64,000 nt of DNA from an uncultured bacterium (GTDB taxonomy: Bacteria; Oederibacteriota; JAAXVQ01; JAUVAV01), in contig CAVQBK010000013.1 in the NCBI GenBank assembly GCA_963710755.1, positions 416,001 to 480,000 of the forward strand, read 5' to 3'. Shown piece by piece: positions 10,043 through 19,200 of the stretch. Position 1 is the first letter of the stretch. Every line of letters begins with the position of its first letter. The position numbers and the translations under genes are program-made. The notes under the pieces were generated by a model. It did no database searches. It worked only from the letters and a program-made list of their open reading frames with translations, and was not told where the DNA came from.

Positions 10043-10411
10043 TTAGGCCGCAGGTTTTGAGGCCAAGGTAATTTTTTTCCAATACCAGTAATAGGCTAGA
10101 ACCACCAGAACACCTGCCCCCAGCACGGATGCCATAGAGATAGTTTTAAAAACATACATGGTAATTAACAACTGGTGGGATTGATTGAGCATATACAGGG
10201 GTGAGAGAAAACGGTAGACCACGAAATGGTTGATGGCACACAGGCACAAAAGTATACCCGCTGCCAGAGGACCGATCCACAACGGCGGGTGCTGCATAGC
10301 CTGATTAATTTTGCGATAGGCCAAACTACCATAGATCAAAGCCAAGCCGAATACAATAAAGCTGATCTCATATAAATAAAAGCTGGCTCGGTACATAATG
10401 TTTTGCATCAC
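10043..10411 (-). CDS. Small 3-TM membrane protein, hypothetical
   Basis: Three hydrophobic segments; 4-bp overlap with the upstream gene. Confidence 0.7.
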   Translation of the reverse strand: MMQNIMYRASFYLYEISFIVFGLALIYGSLAYRKINQAMQHPPLWIGPLAAGILLCLCAINHFVVYRFLSPLYMLNQSHQLLITMYVFKTISMASVLGAGVLVVLAYYWYWKKITLASKPAA

Positions 10412-10761
10412 TGAAAATCCTGTTCCATTTTAATGATGTGCCGGTAAAAGTGTATTCCTGCCCACAGGCAAAGGCCGGCGGACCAAGTCAGAAAAGTATA
10501 ACCGATCCATAGTTCCAACACACCCATATTTTGATGGCGCAAGGTGGCAACGGTTTGCATGATAAGGTAAACCACCAATCCCAGAGGAGCAATCATTTGC
10601 ATCAACCAGTAAGTCGCTACCCCAAAGGTTTGTTCATAACGGCGTGCGATCAGACCCATGAGCACAAAACCCGCCCACAAGGTAAGTCCTCCGAAAACAG
10701 CCATAAAGCTGGTTAAATTGACGAATAAGAGGTATTGCCCGGCGGTCAGCACTTTTTCCAT
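10408..10761 (-). CDS. Small 3-TM membrane protein, hypothetical
   Basis: Three hydrophobic segments; directly abuts the stop of the upstream gene. Confidence 0.7.
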   Translation of the reverse strand: MEKVLTAGQYLLFVNLTSFMAVFGGLTLWAGFVLMGLIARRYEQTFGVATYWLMQMIAPLGLVVYLIMQTVATLRHQNMGVLELWIGYTFLTWSAGLCLWAGIHFYRHIIKMEQDFQ

Positions 10762-13056
10762 TTAGACCTCGTCCTCCATATCGTCTCTAAGATCATTCTC
10801 GATTTGGGCAATGATTTTGACATCTGCAATGGCTGTTGCATTTTTTAAAATACGTTTAACCATGGCCCGCGATTGTGCCCTGCTTATCGGCCGGCCGGTC
10901 GCCTGGGTTTGTTCTTGTTCCATGCGAAATAAAGCTTGGCCTAGAAATCCCATCTCTGCTTTAAAAATGGCCATGGCCCGTATAAGAAAATGATCGGGTG
11001 AATTTCCGGCAGAACCCACTTGCCCAGGCGGTACGGTCTCCGGGACGGTTGTGCTGGCCTCATCTTCCTCAATGCCCTCTCCAATGGAGACAGCTTCAGA
11101 CAGCGAAGATGGCTGTAGCGTCCCAGCCTTTCCAACATCAGTTCCGCTGGGGGCTGCGGAGGCCATCGATGATGGACGCAGCGTCCCTTTCCTTCCAATA
11201 TCTTCTCCAGTCGGGGCTGCAGAGGGCATCGAAGATGGCCGCAGCGTCCCAGCCTTTCCAACATCTTCTCCAGTCGGGGCTGCCGAAGGCGGTCTTGGCG
11301 CCTGAGGCGTCCCTTTCCCATCTATATCCTTACCGGTCGGGGCTGCGGAGGCCATCGAAGTTGGACGAGGCGTCCCAGCCTTTCCAACATCAGTTCCACT
11401 GGGGGCTGCGGAGGCCATCGATGATGGACGCAGCGTCCCTTTCCTTCCAATATCTTCTCCAGTCGGGGCTGCGGAGGCCATCGAAGTTGGACGAGGCGTC
11501 CCAGCCTTTCCAACATCTTCTCCAGTCGGGGCTGCCGAAGGCGGTCTTGGCGCCTGAGGCGTCCCTTTCCCATCTATATCCTTACCGGTCGGGGCTGCGG
11601 AGGCCATCGATGATGGACGCAGCGTCCCTTTCCTTCCAATATCTTCTCCAGTTGGGGCTGCCGAAGGCGGTCTTGGCGCCTGAGGCGTCCCTTTCCCATC
11701 TATATCCTTACCGGTCGGGGCTGCGGAGGCCATCGAAGATGGACGCAGCGTCCCTTTCCTTCCAATATCTTCTCCAGTCGGGGCTGCCGAAGGCGGTCTT
11801 GGCGCCTGAGGCGTCCCTTTCCCATCTATATCCTTACCGGTCGGGGCTGCGGAGGCCATCGAAGTTGGACGAAGCGTCCCAGCCTTTCCAACATCAGTTC
11901 CGCTGGGGGCTGCGGAGGCCATCGAAGTTGGACGAAGCGTCCCAGCCTTTCCAACATCTTCTCCAGTCGGGGCTGCCGAAGAGGTCACTTTCTTTCCGCT
12001 ATTTTTATCGGTCGACACCACATCTTGTTGGCTTTGATTAACCTGTTTGAGATCAGATTCAGCCGGTGTGCTTTCAAGGATCAGGTCATCGGCTTTTAAG
12101 CTTAAGGTTTCTTCAGCAATTTCTCTAATTACACTTTGGGCTGGCGAGCGTTTTTCCTGTTGCACCACTGGTTCACGCTTCAACAACGGCTTGACGGCGA
12201 TCGGCTTTTTTTTGCCTTCAATAGATTCCTGAGCTTGTAATACACGCTCAATGGTCACTGGCATGGGCAGATGGCTGTCAATAATATCCATTAAAATTTC
12301 CCAGCCCCCGCTGACCCAGTCCAGCACTTTCTGAAGATTGGTGATCAAAATGCCATTGTCCTGAGAATATCCGCCAAAGAATCGACCTTGGTAAAAAACC
12401 ACAATGGCCAATTCGATATCCGACCCTTTGCGGGTATAAGATTGCCGGTCCAGGGCATCTTCCAACTCGGACGGTGCGATGGCGCCAATCTCCACCAAAG
12501 CATCCCCCAGTCTTTTGGCGCCGGCTTGGGATAGTTGCAGGCGTACAGCCTCTTTAAGTTGTTCCGGAGAGATTTTGTTCATGCGCAGCAGAAGGTTACC
12601 GAGACGCGTATTATTGCGAATGCGGTAAAAACGGAGAACGCCGGAGAATTTTTTTTGAGCCAGGGTCTCCACTAATTTGTGCATATCGAGGAAGGAGCTT
12701 TCCAGTTCGCGTTGTACGGCCGGCGGTGTTTCCAGAGCACTAAGGGCTTCAATGATTTCTGAGGGCAAGTTATAAATATTGATGACTGTATCGCGTTCTC
12801 TGGTTTCGCTCTGGAGAAAATGACGGATGATTTGTTCTTTGGTGAGATTTAATTCATCAGTGCCTTCATAGTAACAGGACAATACCCGTCCTTGAACAAA
12901 AACAATCAGGCCTTTTTCATGCAAGGCCAGGATTTCCACATAACCGCTGAAAGACTCCTCCATCAATCCTCGGATCAAGGCAGTCATATCAGTGGCACGA
13001 TAATTTAAGTTTTCAGCTTTTACTTCGCCTTTAGGCAAGTAAAGTAAGGGCCACAA
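10762..13056 (-). CDS. DUF4388/DUF2226-like protein with an inserted MshEN c-di-GMP-binding domain and a 21-aa tandem-repeat linker
   Basis: Two FSGxxxx modules (FSGYVEI, FSGVLRF); tandem RLGNLLLRMNKISPEQLKEAVRLQ and RLGDALVEIGAIAPSELEDALDRQ. Confidence 0.7.
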   Translation of the reverse strand: MWPLLYLPKGEVKAENLNYRATDMTALIRGLMEESFSGYVEILALHEKGLIVFVQGRVLSCYYEGTDELNLTKEQIIRHFLQSETRERDTVINIYNLPSEIIEALSALETPPAVQRELESSFLDMHKLVETLAQKKFSGVLRFYRIRNNTRLGNLLLRMNKISPEQLKEAVRLQLSQAGAKRLGDALVEIGAIAPSELEDALDRQSYTRKGSDIELAIVVFYQGRFFGGYSQDNGILITNLQKVLDWVSGGWEILMDIIDSHLPMPVTIERVLQAQESIEGKKKPIAVKPLLKREPVVQQEKRSPAQSVIREIAEETLSLKADDLILESTPAESDLKQVNQSQQDVVSTDKNSGKKVTSSAAPTGEDVGKAGTLRPTSMASAAPSGTDVGKAGTLRPTSMASAAPTGKDIDGKGTPQAPRPPSAAPTGEDIGRKGTLRPSSMASAAPTGKDIDGKGTPQAPRPPSAAPTGEDIGRKGTLRPSSMASAAPTGKDIDGKGTPQAPRPPSAAPTGEDVGKAGTPRPTSMASAAPTGEDIGRKGTLRPSSMASAAPSGTDVGKAGTPRPTSMASAAPTGKDIDGKGTPQAPRPPSAAPTGEDVGKAGTLRPSSMPSAAPTGEDIGRKGTLRPSSMASAAPSGTDVGKAGTLQPSSLSEAVSIGEGIEEDEASTTVPETVPPGQVGSAGNSPDHFLIRAMAIFKAEMGFLGQALFRMEQEQTQATGRPISRAQSRAMVKRILKNATAIADVKIIAQIENDLRDDMEDEV
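11098..11979 (-). repeat. Coding tandem repeat, 14 x 63 bp (SAAP[TS]G... 21 aa)
   Basis: Units counted directly in the translation; near-identical at DNA level with three or four variant types. Confidence 0.95.
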
Positions 13057-13284
13057 TGGTTTTGCTCCAAAAGTTGGAATATAGGCCAGCGGTCAAGACT
13101 AAATAAGCGGGTTTAATGATACCACCGGTAAAAAGCGATCGTCAACAGGTAATGGCCTGGAACGTGGGCAGGCGCGCTGTTTTTTTTTGGTATTTTCATG
13201 GTAAACGGTTGATCTTGTGACAGTTGGCCTTTAGACCCAGTAGAGGGTGGCAATAATGGCGTCCACTATTGGCGCTATTTTTTG

Positions 13285-16200
13285 TTAGGCAGCTGTATTG
13301 AGAGAACGCAGCAAACGTTGTTGGCGTTTGTGCATCTTTTCCTCGTCATTGGCAAGCAAATGATGGAGGCGTCGGCTCAAGCTTGGATTTGCCCATAACC
13401 ATCGAGGCATGGAGATAAATCCCACCCCTTTAATATAACGATTTTGACGCAGGGCTTTAAGATCACCCAACATCAGCATCAGTAGCTGAACCCCTTGCTG
13501 CCGGCTTCGGACGTCCTTAGCCGCCTCCAAAACATCCAGCCAGTCGCTGACAAAGCTGTCAAGCTGCCCCCATTCTTCCCATTGTTTCAGATCATTTTTC
13601 TGAAGCCAAAAGCTTTGGGCCAGCGTGCGTACTAGCGGCGTGAGCGGCTGACTTCCAAAAAAGAGGTGCAACTTTGACTGCCAAGTCCCTGCGCCGTAAA
13701 TCAGAAGCAATTGCCGGCGCCAGTGGATGAAGCTGCCGCCAAGACGGCTGGTTTGCCAATTCAAGCGTAACCGGGTCACCCAGCTTAAGTTGGAGCGGTC
13801 GGCGGCAAGTGTGATGTTCAAGTGTTGATAGTCTAAAATAGCTTTAATGACGCCTTTTTTATCAGCTGCCTTGTCAAGTGATGGATCAAGGCTGACTTTA
13901 TCAATAGGTGCTTTCCGGCCAGGTTTAAAAGCTTGATCCCAAATCATTAACCCTACTGCGACAATGCCTGTACCTATAAGTACCGCGCCTAAAACAGGCG
14001 CTGTGACTGCTGTACCAAAAGCCAAGGTTATAATTCCTGCCACCGCCAGAAGCAATGAAGAAAGACCCAACAACAATTGTGGTGACGCGATGAATCCGTC
14101 TTGTTTTTTTGTTTTCCCATTCAATTGGTTATTATTCATGCTGGGGACAATCCCATTTTGAATCATCTGATCAATAAGTATTTCCTTGATTCGCCGGAAA
14201 GTTGCCTCTTGTTTGTTTTTCCAAAAAGCTTGCGGAAAGGTAACTGCTTCAAATGTTCTTGGTAAAGACCGCTCTTGCTCATGGCGAAACAGTACCGTTG
14301 TTTCCACATCCCAAAGAGGGGTCAATTCGGTGAGCTCTTGCGGCGTACCCATAATGATAACCCGTTTATCCTTGAATAGTTTAAAATATTCCTTGACCAA
14401 GGATTTGCCTGCCTGCAAATCGGCAATTTTATCGATTATTTCAGTTGGTACCTGCTGACTTAAATTATTTAATTCCCCATACAAATCGTGCGGTGTGATT
14501 TGCCGGATATCCCTCGATTTAACATCCCCCTTATCGAGGTCCGATGTTTTTTCAATCTTAACCTTAATGGCCAAGGCAATTAGTTTAAAAACATCTTTAA
14601 TATTGATGGCGTGAGCACTGTGTAGGGAAGCCTGATTTTTTATAAAGTCTCGCATTGACTGTTCGTCATCGGAATCAACTTCATTAAAGGCAATCTTCAC
14701 TGACCAAGGAATGGTATCCAAAACATTTTGTTTCATTATGGTGTAGGCCGGCCTGGTACTGTATTCGCCAATCATATCGGGCAAAACCGTAATTTCAACC
14801 GTGTACGGCCTGTCATCAATTATACTTGGTGCAATTTTCAAAGTATATTTATAATAATCAGCAAACTGTTCAGGATTAAGCGGGTCAGTTTGTATCTTCA
14901 TGCTGATCAATTTGCCGTGCGTATCCCTTTGACCATCGATATGAAAGAACTTCTTTTCAACTTGACATTGATCGCCAGAACAAAAAGTTTCTTCCAAAGC
15001 TTGAATGGTTTTTTGAAATTCCTCCCAATTTCCCGTTACCAGCCGGAGACCAATAACATCATCAGTAATAGCATTGATGGCTTTCTCAGTATAAATTTTT
15101 GGATCTCCAAGCGGAGGCGGATTTTCCGCCCACGGCTTATATCGAGTCCATTTGGTTCTATTCGCCATATTCATAAGAATGGAAAAGGCTTCTTTTATCC
15201 TGCCTTCTATGGTCACTGAGTTCAAATCGTGGTCGTGCAACATGGTACTTAAGCGATTTTGATTATCGACCAAATTTCTTTTCCTACTGGGATAATCAAC
15301 TGCTGTTGTAATAGCACTTAAAACCACATGGGCGTCGATTTCAGGATGGTCTTCAAAAAATTGTTGTTGTATGGCTTGGCTATTTTGAGTTCCATACAAT
15401 TGATTTAAGATTTCCAAAATAGCCGTTGTTTCCTGCTCCAGCTTTGTTCCAGAAGCATGCCTCTCCTGTAAAGCGATAGTTTTGGCATACCAAAAGGCTG
15501 TGGCCAATTGTTCGGGTTCCATATTTTTAAGTGTTTCCATATTGTCCTGCAATAAAAATACCAATTTAGGAATTCTCTGACGCCGCTGCGCAGGGTTCAT
15601 GTTATAAACCTGTTCAATGGTGCTTAAAAACCAATCTTGAAATAATGCTTCATATCTATTCATAAGAATGGAGGCTCTGGGAATCCCCATGGCCATTTCC
15701 TTGTCCCATTGGGTTGTTACATCCTTTTCCGCCGCCTTTTGCATTCCCAATAGGTTTAGGGAGGCACGTTTCGCTTTTATCACTAAATGGCTGCTTTGGC
15801 GGCGAGCTTCTCGAAGTGCTTCCAAAGCAGCAGCCTTAAGGTCTGGTAATTGCTTGGTTTCAAAACCGCCAGCAATGCCAAAAGAAATCCGTGGTACAGG
15901 GATATAATTATTATTGAATCCAGGGATATCCCCGATTTGTCCTTGGACATCCGCGAGGGTTTGATTTTGTTCAAGAAATCTATTGCTTTTTAAATAACTT
16001 TCTATTTTCTTCATTTGTACATAATTTTTAATATCAACCATCACTTGAGCCAAAGGTTTGCCATTAACGCTCTCACCAATACCAATAACAGCATTTTCCT
16101 CGAATATGGTTATCCCGCCAAGGAGTTTCTCCCATTCTTTCCGTTCTTGCGCGCTCAGTTTTTGGGGGATGGCAAAGGTCATCAACCGGTAACGGTGGTG

Positions 16201-19200
16201 GATATCAGCATGCAACTGAAATTGGATATCTTGTAAGAGTTCTTGAACCTTCTTAACCGAATTAGAATTTACGGCAAAGCCAATATACCCGTGCTCACTG
16301 TTTTCTGCATAAACGGTAACAGTTTTCTGCTGACTCTTGGTCTGCGTGGTCAACTCGTTAATTTTTTTCAAAACAATCTTATAGTAGTCTTGGGCGATTT
16401 CTTCCCCATATAGGTCCTTGATCAAGGGAAAGGAATCGATTTCTATGATGGTATAAATCACCTTCTCCGATCTTTTCAACAACTTGCGCAATTTAGCTTC
16501 CGCATTTGCTCTAGCCTGCAAAGGAGGTGTTGCTGTTCCAGCAACATTTTTCATGGTTCCCAAGGCGGCAAAGCTTATAGTGCCAAAAAGAATATTGTTT
16601 AACCACGCTGTCATATCTGGTGTTTGGGCAGCCATTTGTTTAAGCGTTTCAGTTGCTGTGGCGGCTGCGGCCGGGCCTGGTAAAACCATAAGGCTGGCTA
16701 GCACACTAATAATTAATATACCCACAATGGCTGGACCAATAGGTTTAAATGGTGCCACCAGGTGACTTACAACTCCTGGTAAATTCAGTAATAGCTGCCA
16801 AATCCGCTCAAACGGATTTTTCAGATGATGGCCTTGGGCCGTGAGCAGTGGACGGAGGCGGAGTACATTGACCGCACTGTGAAGCATGACCGATAAAGCA
16901 AACCCAACGATCGCGCTGAAGGGCGTTAGTCCCAGGAGAAGTGCCGGTAAGATCATGACAGCACCTAATAATGTACCCACAGCGCTTAATCCCAACTTTC
17001 CCCCAAAACTGCGGCCAGGATGAAGCATGGCAAAGACCACAGCATTGATGCTGATGAGCCCCGCCAAAGTGGGCACAGCTACTCCAAAAAAGAGACCCAA
17101 CACTATCGGCGTAAAGATGACCGTTTCCCAAACAGGCGCGCGGAGAAATGGTTCCCCAAGCCAGGCTTTGAGCCGCCCCAAACGGCTGGAAGGCTTTTGG
17201 TCAAAACTGTTTAAAAAAGCGGTAAAGAAAATAACTGCTGGTTGAGGTTGTTGGGTCAAAAGGTTGTTTATTAAATTCCCAACCATTCTACTGACTTCAT
17301 GGGCATTTAAGATGCGGTTGCTTTTAATTTCTTTACGCTCATTAAAGGACATACTAGGAAGTTTTTCAAAAGGAATTTCCAAGTAAGTCGCAAATATTTT
17401 CATAAAGGTTTCACCCAGAGAACCATTCCATGTGGAAGGCTGTTGTAAGATATCCAGTGAGGCTTTGAGCAAGCGGGAATGAATAAGTTCCATAAATGTC
17501 CGGCGCTGGGCCAATTCTTTTTGGGCTGTCTTTTTCTTGGATCCCAAAATATTCTGGATCTCTATCGAGGTCGTCTCACCTGAAATCCGCTCTTTCAACA
17601 AGGTCAGCGCTTGCTGGAAATAAACTTCCTGAGCCCTGGCGCCCTCATGAACTTCTTTGGCCAAGGTCTCTAGCCGGCCAACCACGCTGGCGGCCTGTTC
17701 AAAACTTAAAGCAGACTCGATATTCTCCCCTGACAATTTGTAGCGTTCTCCAAAGACTCGCATAAAACGATCGGCCAACCATTCGTGGAGCAAACCGGTC
17801 ATGAAATGCCAATAGCGGTCGACCCCCCTATTTTCCAAAATATTATGTCCGTGTTCATGAGCCAAAAGATAAAATAATATTTCCGCTTGATTGGTGGCTT
17901 TGCGTAAAAGTTGACCACCCATTTGATAAGCACTGTTGAAGGTATTAGAGTAAGGTTCTGCCCGGGCCTGCTTGATCTTGCGGGCAATGGAAAAGACGTC
18001 CTGTTGACTTATTACCGGCTGATCAAGGTGCTGGCTATAGTTGATCGCATCCAACCAGGAGGCTGTGGCAAATATCTGGGCTTTGAGATCAGCCAGCGGC
18101 TCCTGCCCCGCATAAACCTGAGCTACCCACTGTTGGTTATTATTGATCAGATGCTGGATATAACGCTCAATCATAGACTTACCGTGGTGGCCATTTAATC
18201 CCTGTAGAAGACCATTAAACTCTTTCGATTTTTTCGCTCGTTCGGTCTCATCCATCTGGTTCCATGCCGGCTGCAGGTTCAGATACTCCAACATGGCCAT
18301 CAATCTTAATTCAAAATAGTCTACTTTTTTACTAGGATCCCGGGGCTGCTGCTGATCCATAATAAGGTCTTTAAGCAAGGCTTCCCGGCCAAGTGCAGCC
18401 TGCCGTTCGAGGATAAGTAATGCTATATTTTTATCATACCCTTCATGCTCCCCACGCAAATAAGCTTTAACCGTGTTAACCTCTGCCGAAGGGTAGAATA
18501 GGTTTTTTACCGTTTTTTTTATTTTGGATTGTTTTGTAAGATCGTCAATATCGCGGCCAACCCAGGCGTTAATGAAATTATCTTCTATCCCCGGAAGACT
18601 GATGATCTTGGCCGCAGTATTAATAACATTGGTTGCATAGGATAAAGAAGGATTCTGGAGTGCAAAGGTCAAGACGGTTGACAACTTACTGTCTGAAAAT
18701 GGTTGTTGGACTCCCGTAAAATCTGCACAATAGCCTAACAAGGCCAGTCTCCTTGTGACGGCTTCACTTTCATTATGCAGAGCGTTTTCCAGCGCGTTGA
18801 TCGACTCGTTATAAGAAGTTTGGTCAGAAAAGTATTTTTCCAGTACAGACTTAATACTACTTCGGTAATAGGTTGACGATTTAAGGGTCTTCCGCAATTG
18901 TCGGAACTGATCATGTTGTTTGGCAAGATTCAAAGCCAATGTTAATTCTTCCAAACGCAGGAAATGAGCTCGCCAATCGGTTTGTTGGTAAACAAAGTTT
19001 TCCCAACGTTTCCGCCGTTGATTGTCCATCCCGTAAAATGCTGGTGCGTTTTCTACCATGGCTTGCAACAGCCGCTCTTGATATTGCGCAATGGCAAGGC
19101 GTCTTTCGGCACTTTTTTCGACTTTTTTCAAATCGGCGAATTGTCCATACAAATTACCGGCCACCGTCACCATTTTTTTATCTACATCAGAGACTGATAA

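Noticed and set aside
11098-11979. CRISPR array or non-coding repeat interpretation
   Set aside because: Units are contiguous multiples of 3 bp with no unique spacers, lie in frame within a gene, and no cas genes are nearby.
10941-12041. 347-aa plus-strand ORF and other alternative-frame ORFs over the repeat
   Set aside because: They are open only because the repeated unit lacks stops in those frames.
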